Of a DNA stretch of 64,000 nucleotides, positions 12,784-24,750 are shown in pieces. The position numbers were made by a program, and so were the translations under genes. A model generated the notes under the pieces. That model did no database searches. It saw nothing but the letters and a program-made list of their open reading frames with translations, and was not told where the DNA came from. Every line of letters begins with the position of its first letter. The stretch's first letter is position 1. The stretch covers positions 34,534,001-34,598,000 of the forward strand of contig OZ296658.1 of NCBI GenBank assembly GCA_965655095.1. Direction: 5' to 3'. This DNA comes from Haplodiscus bocki. Its lineage: Eukaryota.

Positions 12784-15700
12784 GTTTGCTTTAATAACTT
12801 AATTGTATTTAAAATTGCAAAATTAACAATAACAAAAGGACTTGATGGCAATTTAACACACAATACTTGAGAGTTTTAATAGTCCAAAATCAATAATAAG
12901 TTTGAATGAGTGTTTTAATGAACTGTTTTGTAGGATTGTAGCTTTTCTTCTGAAGAAGGAGTTTTTTGTCGACCTCGAGCTCGGAATCCTTGTTATGACC
13001 CCGAATTCTTTGGCCAATTGTAGTTTTCAGTTTGTTGACGTCATACCTGTAACTACAAAATTATCACACATCAAAGTAATTAAGCCGCTCGTTTGCCATG
13101 ATATCACCGTGTCATAATTCTAAAAACAGCATCACTTTCATACTTCAAAAGAGGGTTGCACCGAAAAATGATGACATGCAAAATTGGTTATGGCGTTCAG
13201 AATGGAATCAAAGAATTAGGATTAGATTATATGGAACATGATTACATTCATACAAAATGTCACAAAAGAGGTCATGGTACTTCTTGGAAACTCAAGGTGG
13301 TGGTTGAATCGTAAATGGTGTTGTTTGGCATAGTTGAATTAATAAAAGGAATTTTCAAGTCATTAGGATTCGTTTATTTCCACATTCATTCATTATTGCT
13401 GATACATGGTCAAATTAAAAAAACAGAGAACTATTCGTAATGCATACTTTAAAAAAAAATAATATTCACTGGGTAAAGTTACTATTAATCTTTGGTGTGC
13501 GTAAAACGGTCCTTGGTACCGACTTATGATCAGCTGTAAATTTTACTGGGAATTGTTGACAAGGGACATTAGATGAAATAAAAAAGACATTATCTAAATA
13601 TATACTTACATAGTAAGTGAGGACAGCATGTATAAATTCAAATTCATTTAAAAGAAAGCGGTTGGTTTCTTGTCAATGTGGTTTTGATATGCCTTCGTTC
13701 CTCGTTCTATTTAGAACCGACCGCTTGCTTCAGGCAATCTGGTCAAAATTAGGTCCTTGTGACCAATTTTGACCACTCGTTATTTGTGCTGCTAGTTGGT
13801 CAAACTGTTGGCTGAATTGATTAGTTTTGATGAATCAGGTTCCAGTACAGTTCTTGTGCATTAGTTACGTACTGTAAACATTCGTTTAAATTGATTTCTC
13901 AATTGATACTAGCGCTCTTGCTGATAGTATGGTTTTTACACATTAATGAAGTAAGTATCTAATTATATATTTATAAGTAAGTTTATATATGTGGATATAG
14001 TGTCTTCTTCTAAAATGCAGGGGTTGTATTTGTCCAGGATTTACATTAAATTGGATTGTAAAATGTTTCCAATCTTCAAACAAGGGCAATAATTTCATTT
14101 GTGTACCTGGTTGTGGGTTGGTAGAGTTTACGTGTAGAGTTGGTGTTGTTTTACTGTGAGTGAGTTTTTGTAGTTATCACTCATCAAAATTATTTCTTCT
14201 ATCGAGTCGAGTTATCATTGCCTTCTTAGAAACGTTTTTCTCATTGCAATACAATTTTTTTCAGAACTTCCGGTGAAGACAACTCTGTTTGATGTATTCC
14301 TATTAAGGGCTTTGACACCTTCCCTTCTGACAGATCAGTTAAATTTTTCATTCACAAATTCTTCACACTGAAAAATTTCGAATGGTATTGATTTTCTCTT
14401 CACCGATATCAGAAAGTTGGAGAACAAATCTGTCATTGCCTGCGAGTATTTTTTTCTCGATGCAATTGTCCACCCAAATTAGTTAACGTTATCTATAACT
14501 ACAAGGTTTTTTTCAGTAACTTTTATGTTTAGTTTCAGATTCAAAAATATTGAGCAGATCCAAACTCCACTCGTTAATAATATGTCTCTCTACTGTTCTG
14601 TTAGTGCCATAAATCTTCTGAAGACGCTTTGTTCAGATGATTTTAATGCATCTGTAAATAGTTGCTTGTTCTATACTTTTTTGAGTAAATTTCAAAGCTT
14701 CCATAAACTTTATTTGTAATGAGTAAACTCAAGAATGGACTGTGGGAGATTTCCGTTTTGATTTACAGTTTCTATAGGATTTCCTTCATCCTTCCTGAAT
14801 TCATGAAGCTCTATATGTTCACTTGTTCACGACAATTTTTTGAACCGATGATTAACCATACTAGAAATTATTTTTCCTATGAAAAGACATTTTTTTCTTC
14901 ATCCGCAAGTACTACTCAAACAAGTTTTACTGATGAATTGAAATGCTGTTTCATTGAGTTTTAAGCTGGTAATCTTTTTTTAGTGATTGATAATGATAAC
15001 GCTGTTTACGTTTAACTTTAGTTTCGACAAGGTTTGTGATGTTGGAATAGAAGAAGTTTTTAAAAATAATCAGAAAAATATTATAGTTTCGTTGAGAAGA
15101 AAGAACTTGAAAACATAATCACCGGGCCATCAGTGAAAAAAATCCACCAACAGATACAATTGTTAGTTTTATTTCTAATGTCGGGAAAAAATGGTGCACC
15201 TCAACCTCTTGATTTTTGTATGAAAAAAAATTCCAATTGAAGAAGTCCTTATACCCTTTACACTAAAACCAATGATGAAAAAATGAGTGTAGGTACAGAC
15301 GCTTTCAACCTTCTATATATGCTAAGAGTGGAGAGGATTTGACTATCGAATTCATTTCGAGCTTATACCTGAACTGTTTTTGCCTGTAGTGTCAAATGAT
15401 CGGTAGTATAGATTTTGTTTATATCAATTCCGTCATTTTCTAAAGTTTTGTCATCGGTGGTTGACTAGCTGGTAGCTATTTCAAATCTTAAGATGACTGT
15501 GACTTATAACAGGCCAGCTACTGAGGTAGTGTTCCTGAAGACTGAATCATCTGGGGGTTCCCTGGCCATCTTAACGCGAAGCTCCTGGGGGAATTTTTCA
15601 ATAGATTGTTAACATCGCTTTCTCGTCTCCCATTTAATTCACCCTTGAAACATAGACCTATATTCAAAACAACTTGCCTTGAATGTCACTAGAAGTGCCG

Positions 15701-18254
15701 AAGTGGTGGTTTAGGCTAGTTAATACTTTTAAATGACGCCAACTGGCCTCAAACAATCAACCAAAGGTAGTCAGTCTACTTCTTTGTAGATACCACTGAC
15801 CCGTGGTTCTTATTTGCAAAAGTAGTTTTCCTGTTTACACAGTGCATGCACTACGCTCACCTATAATATTCTTTTGTTGTCTTCTCCTTTATCAACCATA
15901 CTTTTTTGACTACATCTTCCTATATCCACAATCACCTGCTTTTTCGGCAAATCAGTAGTAATCGAACCTTCTCGAAGATTAAAACACAGAATTACAAGCT
16001 AAAGACAATTCCGTTGAAGTCCTGAATCTTTATACGCTTACAAAATCCAGTTTACTGTGACAGTAGTTTTTACTAATAGTGCTCCTGTAGGAATCGATAA
16101 ACCAATAGTTAGAATGGAATACTGGTGAGTATAGTGCACTGGATTTTGTAAGTGTAAGGAGATTAAAAACTTATAACTAGTTGTCGCTTTTTAACTTATA
16201 TGTGTGTGTCTTGTTCTCTGAAAACGTACTCCACTGCAGTGCAGTAGTGAACTTCGGTTGTAGCTGTGCAGGGTCTTTTTGGCGTAGTGGCTGTTGACGA
16301 TGGCTATGTGCACCATTATGTAACTTGATGTTACCTTTTTCTCGAGAAGTTGAATACCATAAATTTTCCCCTCCACGAATGACATCTTTTTTCTGAAAGA
16401 CTAAGAGCACATCCTTCGACGTCCCTATTTTGGGGTTACGAAGTTCTTCTAGCGAAAATATCGCATAACACTTGAAGATCCCCCAAAATTTGTTTATGTT
16501 ATTTTTTTTAACTTTAATTACGTTGGTTTTGACTTCTTTGATAGTTAGGTCATTAGGCTAATTAGCGAAATTGAATGAGCCGAATTTTAAATTGAACGCG
16601 AAATTGTTGTTGTTCTAAAGTGTAGTAAAGCCTTTTTGCTGTGCTTGAAGTCTCATTGGATTTGTCATTGAACTCATGCTTTCCAGTTTTTTTGTATATG
16701 TAACTTTGATGTGCCTCAGCGTTTTTGAGTGCCCATTATCAGTATAAATGCAGACTATTCCGAAAATTTTGCTACATTTTTGACAGGATACAAAAGATGC
16801 TGCGTGAGATATGAAAGTTTTTGGTATAAGGAATAGAGGAAGCCTTTGGGGAGAAAAGTTTGAAATCGTGAAAGTGAAGAAATGTTTTGAGCTGCTGCAA
16901 AGTTTTGCCCATGCACAAAATTTGAAAAAAAAATTGGAAAAAAATTGTTTTCATGATACCATATTTTGATTAGTCCAAACATTAACCTTTCTGAATAAGC
17001 ATTCCTTAAAAATCAACCTGGCCTCTTTATTTTTACATAAATTCTATAACATTATTCTTATGTAAATTTGGAAAGCCTTGAAGCCACTTTTGCCCTTTTT
17101 ATGGTAAGATATATGTTTCGACTTTGGCTTCCCCCTTGAGTCTGAACGTTTGCAAAGAACTGCTTTCATCTTTTGGATCTTGACTGCAAACGACTTAGGA
17201 TCTGAGTTGTCAAGCTCTTCTTTTCGCTGTCATGAAATTTTGATTTTGAGTTTTTTTACTGCTGTTTCCTTTACGCCTCCGAGGTCAAAGAGATTGGGAT
17301 ATGAAGTTAGAAAGCTTGTTGTAAATATATTAGTTCGAAAATAATTTTTCCCTGAGTTCCGTTTAAGTGCAACTTTTTGTCTAACTGGGCCTGATACCTG
17401 GGCTAAAGTTCGGCGCTACATCATGGCAAATTTTTACACATTCCGCTTGAACATTGCCCTGTTCTCGGTGACACCTGAAGACTGTGCGCAACACTAGTTT
17501 GTGTGTGTACGTTTTCTTGTAGCTGACTGAATGTCAAAACAATTGCCAAAAAATGCGCCATTTTGGCGGCTTGTTGGCAGGTCGGTGAGAGACTGGCCAG
17601 TTCTTCTTTAAGCAGAAATAAAGATGCTAAATTTTTGTTAGACATTTTTACGCTATATCCAATTTGATGAATGCAATTTTTTTCTATTGTTGTTTATGGA
17701 GATGGCAGAACTCATATTCAAAACAGTTTATTGGTTTGTTAAGGAACAGGTCGAAAACTTTATGGCGAAATTTTTGATTATGAGTTTATAAAATTTCCAG
17801 AGCAATAGGTGATAACCCATGGAAGTATCGCGTTACACATAACGCTTGAACGTTAATTAATTGAAACATGATTAATTAAATAAAACTAACCTTTTTAAGG
17901 GGATAGCCGGAATAACAAAAGTAAAAAAGCTGATGGAACAAAGAAACCATTGAAGTTGCATAAATAACTTTTACAAAAAATTTCTAACGGGAGCCATTTT
18001 CCTATTGGCTCCAGAGCCAACCATGGTTGGTACAAGCCAATTTTTTATTGGTTGCATGAAATGGCAGCAAGCTGTTATTTTGGAGCCGATCCGAGAAACG
18101 GACTTGATCATTAATCACTTTCCCGTTTTAGCGAACGGGACTCCTTACTCCTCTTCTGACTTGCCTTACTTTACTCTCCTTCTTTACTTGGAAAAAATTT
18201 TTCTAAGTCCACATTCCTCTTCTGTCTCCTCTTTGGACAGAAAAATCTTCTAAG

Positions 18255-19868
18255 TCCAATTTCAAATTTAAAAAAATATTCTAAGACAATCTCAAATTGT
18301 GTCTTAGCCAAATTCCAACCGCATCTCATCTAAAATATTCTAAGAGAATTCCAAATAGTGTCTTAGTTAAATTCCAATTCCATCTCATTGAAAATTTTCT
18401 ATGACAATTCCAAATTGTGTCTTAGTCAAATTCCAATTTCATCTCAACGAAAATATTCTAAAACAATTGCAAATTATGTCTGTGCTAAATTTCCCTCTTG
18501 CTTACTTACTCTATACACTTGCCATCGGAGCATAAACGGTGTCCACTAACGCTAGCTTCGGTATTAGCGTGTGCGGATTCCACTGACGAGCTCCGGTTCC
18601 GAGGCATGTGTGGATCTTACACTGCACGGCCCCCCACTAGGTTCCTAGGCAAAGAGAATTGACGTTACATAGATCAAATCTCACCTCGTCTGCTTCCGTG
18701 GTCTTTAGAATTCATTCTAAATTCAGAGTTACGGATTAAATACGCAGAAATCGTCCATTATTGATTCAAACAAATTCCATTCTTTGTATTGATTCGAAAT
18801 TCCCTGCCCAATTCTATCGCAAGTCAGATTCATAGAGGAGAGTCCCAGAGGTACCCACAGATCATCCGACTCCATCAACGGTATCCGTTAGTCGAAGAGT
18901 TTCCTAGATCAGAATGAGTATATCTCTTTGATCAGTTCTAATATTTTACAAATCCCTTCCGTAAAATCCGCTAGATAAAACTCTCGGTTGGAAAGAAAGG
19001 GAACTAAGAAAACATCACCAGGTTGCCGCCAAAAAGCGAATCTTTACCTGAGTAGTAGACAAAAGTTAAAACAAACCAAACCCCGCTAATAAATCCGGTG
19101 ATTTATTCACGGTTTGGACAATCGGGAAAATAAGAGGACACAACCAGTTAATTTGCTGACGCAAGTGCTGAGTGTAGACGAAAAGAAGACATAATGTTAA
19201 CTATTAAACAGAACAAAAAAACTAAACTCGATTCTAAAAAAAGTGCTAGAAAAATAAGAGACAGGTGAATGTCTTTCCTGGCTTGAACAAAAAGAAATAT
19301 TTACCCTACTTCTGATTTACATTTCCCAATTAACAAACCTTGGGATTTTTCTTTTCCTTTGATAATTATCATACATTTTGGTCCTTTGAAGATTTTAGGT
19401 AAATTGCATTTTGGACGATTTTATTCACATTTAGAATTCTCTAAATCTGGATGATAAACAATTTTAAATCAGATCAGTGTTCTGATCCTAATAATTTTTG
19501 GGTATTACTTCTAATAAGTCTTCGATTATGCTGAGCTGAAGAAAAATTTTTATAATCTTTAACTTGGTAATAATTCTTTGACAACTATTGTTGGAGATAA
19601 TTTGGAATAGATATTTTTTTCTTACCATGTCCAATTCTTCCACGGAGATGTGAATTAACTACCATTAGGTGCAGTTTCTTTTTCCTTTCTATTGCACATG
19701 GTTGCTTTTTTTTGTGGCTGACTGAATAACTGAATATTTCACTTCTTATTTTCCTTTCATCGCTCGCAAAGTCATTGCTATTGAACTTACGCAATTTTTG
19801 TTCGCTGAGCCAGCAAGGCAACGAAACAGAAGGAAAAGAGCTCTAGAAACTCGTTCTGGTTATTAACA
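18255..19868 (+). repeat. Left LTR-like direct repeat
   Basis: Aligns to 26760-28371 from TCCAATTTCAA to TTATTAACA; the exact 5' boundary is uncertain. Confidence 0.85.
18273..18490 (+). repeat. 59-bp tandem repeat (~3.5 copies) with internal inverted repeat CTAAGAC...GTCTTAG, inside the left LTR
   Basis: CTAAGAC-like cores at 18281, 18340, 18399 and 18458 (period 59). The same array occurs in the right LTR from ~26778. Confidence 0.9.
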
Positions 19869-20005
19869 CTATAATCGGAGTTAATCGGAGCCAAGAATCG
19901 AGTTGGCGAGAAGCTCCAGCTGTTCTCGACGCTCAGACAACGCCCAAGCCGAGAAAAGCCGGACCTACTGCCGGCGGTTGAACGGCGTCAGCAGCTCGAA
20001 GCCTT

Positions 20006-20326
20006 TTAGGTAGGCCCGGAGCTGGAACAGTAAAATTTCCCAGAAGGGTGCACTAATTTGTGCTGCCATTGGGAGCGTTCAGTATACCGCAGGAAGAGTC
20101 GCAAATTGTCAGATATCCCCGGATACACCATTACGTAATCTGCGGTTCCCCTTAATTCACGGGACCGCCGCGCCCATTCCTCGAGATCTACTATATCGTC
20201 GAGGGAATAAAATCCCATAAAAGTGGAGGCATCTCCCTCCGGAAACTCGAACACCGGCTCTGGCGACGAAGGAGGAGAAGGCTCAGGAGACTGCGGGGAC
20301 CCCTGCGCGCCAACTTCCACCACCAA
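20006..20326 (-). CDS. Antisense acidic/Pro-rich ORF (106 aa), unknown function
   Basis: GC-rich open frame with a non-ATG start, preceded on the minus strand by an acceptor-like TTTTGTTGTTGTAG. No family recognised. Confidence 0.3.
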   Translation of the reverse strand: MVVEVGAQGSPQSPEPSPPSSPEPVFEFPEGDASTFMGFYSLDDIVDLEEWARRSRELRGTADYVMVYPGISDNLRLFLRYTERSQWQHKLVHPSGKFYCSSSGPT

Positions 20327-20790
20327 AGGCTCCTGGTAGTTGTCTTCTATCCTACAACAACAAAACTTCAGACAATGAAACTACGACCCCCCTGCTCTTA
20401 GCCCGACTCCTCTTTGCGATGTTCTCTGAGATCTTTTATTACTCCTGCTTTGCACCTATTTGGCTCCTAGCTCATTCCATGGATTTTTTGAATTCTTCAC
20501 CGATGCAAACCAGACTCGTACCCTACCCTCGAGACACCTATTTCTACCCGGAAGGCCCTACTACGATGAAACGTAGCAGAACGAAGAAAATGGAAGAGAG
20601 GAAAATGAATGAAGAACGCTGATCTGATAATATTTTCTAGTTTTATTTTCTTTCCTGCTGCTTAATCAAAAAAGAAAAATTTTCAGAAAAAAATCTTAGT
20701 TATATATTAATAATCCATAAAAAATACATACTCGAAAAGCAATGAAATAACTGATGGATTCGTTGTCAGATTTGCTATGATTCGATTTTT

Positions 20791-21006
20791 GTGAAAATTG
20801 TCGGACAATTAAAAACAATCAAAAGAATTGAGCTGACGTCCGATTCAAAGACTATCCTACTGCATATTGAAACCGAAACAGGGACAGAAGAGGTGTATAA
20901 CTGCCTCTCTGAATCACCCAACTATTATCATTTACGCAAATTTGTTTCCTCAGAAATCTATATTCCTAGCGACATTGTTTGTGGAAACAAAGAGTTCATT
21001 ATCTAA
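20791..21006 (+). CDS. Small accessory ORF A (71 aa), probable distant paralog of ORFs B and C
   Basis: Shares the I..Q...I..I and C..ES..Y pattern with the next ORF. The nearest ATG (20777) is out of frame, suggesting a frameshifted or spliced start. Confidence 0.45.
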   Translation: MKIVGQLKTIKRIELTSDSKTILLHIETETGTEEVYNCLSESPNYYHLRKFVSSEIYIPSDIVCGNKEFII

Positions 21007-21228
21007 ATGACACCCACTCTTCTGAACATTGACAACCAACACCAAATAATTGTGAGCATCATCTTCAACAACATCACTAAAGAATTCAGAGTAATTACGG
21101 AATCAACCACCGACGAACAAATAACAGCCTTCATTTGTATTCCTGAGTCATCACATTATTCGTTCATTGAAGCTTTATTCAAAAATCCACCTCCAGTCCT
21201 GATCAAGAGTCAAGACGGGAAATTTTAG
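21007..21228 (+). CDS. Small accessory ORF B (73 aa)
   Basis: ATG directly follows the stop of ORF A (TAAATG). Clear paralog of ORF C (MT...L.I..Q, NITx, C, FIExLFKNPPP). Confidence 0.65.
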   Translation: MTPTLLNIDNQHQIIVSIIFNNITKEFRVITESTTDEQITAFICIPESSHYSFIEALFKNPPPVLIKSQDGKF

Positions 21229-21450
21229 ATGACAACTATTTTCCTCGACATTAACGACCAAATCTACAATATCAAAAGCCTAACTTACAACATTACAACT
21301 AAAAGTCACAAAATCGACACGGAAAAGCTTGAAACTTGGGAAAAGGTTACATTTTCTTGTCCTTCAGAAACTACAAATTTTGCATTTATTGAAGGCCTTT
21401 TCAAGAATCCTCCTCCAACAAAAATTGTTCGCATGTACCATACGATTTAA
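21229..21450 (+). CDS. Small accessory ORF C (73 aa)
   Basis: ATG directly follows the stop of ORF B (TAGATG). Same length as B and shares FIExLFKNPPP. Confidence 0.65.
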   Translation: MTTIFLDINDQIYNIKSLTYNITTKSHKIDTEKLETWEKVTFSCPSETTNFAFIEGLFKNPPPTKIVRMYHTI

Positions 21451-21519
21451 ATAATTAACAATTCACTGAATGAACCCAATAGAAATCATTTTAAGTTGAC
21501 CTGGTGACAACAAGACAAT

Positions 21520-22204
21520 TTGATTGCTGACAATCGCTGCAAGTGGACACCATTTTCTCTTCAAGGAGAACACTTAATAACTACAATTTTTTGGATCCCG
21601 GACGGAAGTCCTTTACAAGTCAGACTGCGGGTTACTGAGAATCTACTCGCGATAATCCTTATTCCCATAACAGTCCGAACAGAAGAGTTCGCCAACCTCT
21701 TTGTAACTCTAAAAATTTCCAGGACGCTAGATAAGAGAGAAAGCCAAAGCCTGTCCGATCTTCTGGATATATCCGATCTTCTGGATTATATGGACAAGAA
21801 CCTTGGGAGATTTAACGAGGTGTCACATATCAATATCCTACACGCTCTTGTTGATCTATGTGACATTTGAACTTAACATCAAGTGCCTGTGGCAGCATCC
21901 TGCTACAAGTAGTCATTTGGAAAACACAAAGATCGAGTGGAGCGAAAAATTTGACCCAATTGTAATAACAGCCCACAGTTTGAGACAACTACAACCTGGA
22001 ACCTGGAAAATTTCTATTAAACCAGCGACTGAAGAGCAAACAATTCTCCTCTCATCCCTTCATGAATTTACGAAATTCCCGCAATTCAGAAACACTCATC
22101 CTCAGACCAGATATTTAGACAAAGAACTCATACGTCAAAGTCAATCTTCAACCTCTGCCGATCAGGCAATAAGCCCAAAACGTTCCAAAACAAACTACGA
22201 TTAA
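21520..22204 (+). CDS. Two further overlapping accessory ORFs (21520-21870, 21803-22204), unknown function
   Basis: Open frames of 116 and 133 codons with non-ATG starts, on the same strand as the cassette. No family recognised. Confidence 0.35.
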
Positions 22205-22321
22205 AGGAATCTGATGGTTGAGGTGAGTTATCTTTACAATTCCAATTTGGCACTTTTTTGTTGATACCGGTTTTTTCCGGCACCCTCTATAAAAATCTCG
22301 ACGTCGTTTTCATAGCAGTGG

Positions 22322-22375
22322 AATACAGGGAATACTACAATACAGGGATACTACAATACAGGGAATACTACAATA
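22322..22375 (+). repeat. Minisatellite AATACAGGG(A)ATACTAC x3
   Basis: Three direct 16-17 bp copies visible in the sequence. Confidence 0.85.
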
Positions 22376-22573
22376 AAAATTTAGCTCCCACTTTGTGTTA
22401 GCGCCCACAAAGCGCCGGCTTGATAATACGGCATTTTTCAATAGCTATTCTTCTGAAAAAATAGAGTGAATTTCCACTGGGAAACACCGTGAAGACGCTA
22501 TTTTCGTTTTCTCGATAGTTATTCCCTCTGAAGTAAAATACCAGAGATGGAACTTGTGCTGAAAAGTTCAGCG

Positions 22574-24728
22574 ATGACAATATTTCTTTTTCAATCCCTC
22601 GTGTTTTGTTCCGAGGTTGCTTACACTCTAGTTCCAGACGCAGATCAGGTCGCTAAGAATCTTAAAGTGTCTCAATTTGACTGTGGCGCATTGACAGAAA
22701 ACACTCTCTATGCTCTCAACCAGGTACGACAGTGCCACATTACACTGGAGGAATTAGAAATTAGTCAAACGAAAATCATTCTTTACCCTAAGCATTGCCG
22801 AAAGGAGCTTAACGCAACAAAGTGTCGGATACAACATCAACGCGAGTAGTGGCACTGTGGACATAACGACCACAGCAGCATCGATCACACTATAGCTGGA
22901 ATTACTAGTAACTTAGTAATATCACCAGAACAATGCCGATCACTTGCGAAAGTGAAAGCAGTCTATCTGGCTGATCAATTCTTGGAAGTTGAGTACGATA
23001 CAAAGGATCCTATTGTAAAAACTGACGGCTCCACAAGTGATAGTAATAGAAACCATTGCAATGCACGCGGTTGGATCACCCGTGATACCTTCCTTCCTCA
23101 CATGCAACGAACGACATTAAAAGTCAGAATGTCAATTGGCAATGTTTTATCCGATTCTGCTCAAGTATTGCCATGCGCATTGGAAGAACTAGGCTGTCAG
23201 ACGACCTTGTTGGACCCCTATGCCTACATATAAGCCTACCCGGACAACTATGTGTTATCAGTCCTCCGAACTGAAGGTGTGAACATGGTGAAATAAGGAA
23301 CAAAATACTATATAATCAGTGGACCCTATTCAACAACCAAATTCGTATTCGAAGTTAAAAACAATCCTCAAAAACATTGTGGAAAGGCGACAGATATTTA
23401 TCCGACTAATTATGATTCACTCTATGTAGCAATCATCAGTGGAGGCTTCGACCTGAGATCTGGACGGAACCTTGGCAAAGAACGGAAGGGTGCTACTCAA
23501 CTCTTACAGTATATACCACCCACTGAGAACAACGGATTTGCTCAACTCTATGCTTATGACCCGAAGCATACATCTCACAAAACAAGCGATAAAGATATGT
23601 ATCTGAATATGGACTATGGAATGCACTTGGGAACAAAATTGGACTATCTCTTCTTTCAGAGCTCACGGTTACTTCAAGCTTCTGAGATACAACTATTGAA
23701 GAACCAATGTGAGCAAGACCGAACGCAGATTCTCACTATTTTGATGCTATCTCTTGAAAACCCACGTCTCGCAGGCTATATGCTAACTGGAAACCGGTCA
23801 ATGTTTCTGGTAACTGATGGCAGTTTAGCTTGGCTATATCACTGCCCACTAGTTCATTCACCGCTTCATACAATGAACCAATGTTATGACCGGATCCCGA
23901 TACTCTACGAGGGCGAAATCCAATTTGTTGATCCTATCACACGGCAAACATATCCAGCAGCTAACATACAAAATTGTACCGATCGGATAAAAAAAACTAT
24001 TTCAATTCGACATGGATCAAGAGGACTCATGGTACACACTAACACCTGGCATTGTACACCAGGATAGACCCGCAGTGTTTGGGCCTAAAGACGTTTCGCC
24101 AGTAGCAGTTCATTTTTTCCTGGATCTCAAGATGCTGGAAAGTACACTAGAAGTGAACTCAGTAGTTTTTGGGACAGTATCTTGATCAATGCTGCCTATA
24201 GAAATGCTTTAAAGAAGTTCTCGCAGAAGCTCTTTGTCCTTTCAAACAACAGTAAGAACCCGGAAAAATTTCCCTACTATGCTACCAGAACAGATTTCTT
24301 CGTAGACAACATGATCTCACCTGGCCATTTCAAAGACCGGTTAATGGATACATTTGGACCAGTCGCATATGTTCTTGAACACTGCGGAATTTACTTTTTC
24401 CGTGTTTCTATTTTTCAAACTTATAATAGATGTTGTGGTTATGGTAATACGCCTCTTAGAAATACCTAAAATGACTGGCGTATCGCTCGGGTTTGGTAAG
24501 ACCCTTCTCATCGCCTCATATAATATCTTTCTCATGTCAGTTTTGACCTCGATGTATGATCCACGCGTGCCTACATTCGCCGCGGTAGAAGAAGAGAGAA
24601 AAACTCTATGTAATGAGGAAGAGTTACATGATATGAGAGAGGATATTAAGAAAAAGGAGGAGCATATCTATCCTGTCATGAGTCCGGCTCCATTTAACCA
24701 AGCTGTGACACCAATTTCACGTGTTTAA
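22574..24728 (+). pseudogene. env: Envelope glycoprotein, class III (herpes gB/chuvirus G-like type found in invertebrate LTR elements), ~715 aa, disrupted
   Basis: Hydrophobic N-terminus (MTIFLFQSLVFC) and Cys-rich ectodomain (FDCG..YALNQVRQC, KCRIQHQRE*WHCG, SPEQCRSL, LAWLYHC, CYDRIPI, FVDPITR). C-terminal TM segment CGIYFSVFLFFKLIIDVVVMVI. Three nonsense codons (22847, 23231, ~23293) and three frameshifts in homopolymer runs (~23990, ~24113, ~24395). Confidence 0.8.
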
Positions 24729-24750
24729 ACTTGTCTTAATTAATTTTTAG

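Noticed and set aside
18273-18490. CRISPR-like array of palindromic repeats
   Set aside because: The intervening sequence is also repeated (no unique spacers), there are no cas genes, and the context is a eukaryotic LTR.
19803-19920. tRNA-Arg-like PBS (GAGCCAGCAAGG; TGGCGAG at ~19905) for the env/TRAF unit
   Set aside because: The matches are partial and not positioned directly after the repeat end.
20791-22204. Bacterial or phage operon (contamination or HGT)
   Set aside because: No Shine-Dalgarno pattern, and the cassette lies inside LTR-like repeats next to a eukaryotic env and TRAF.
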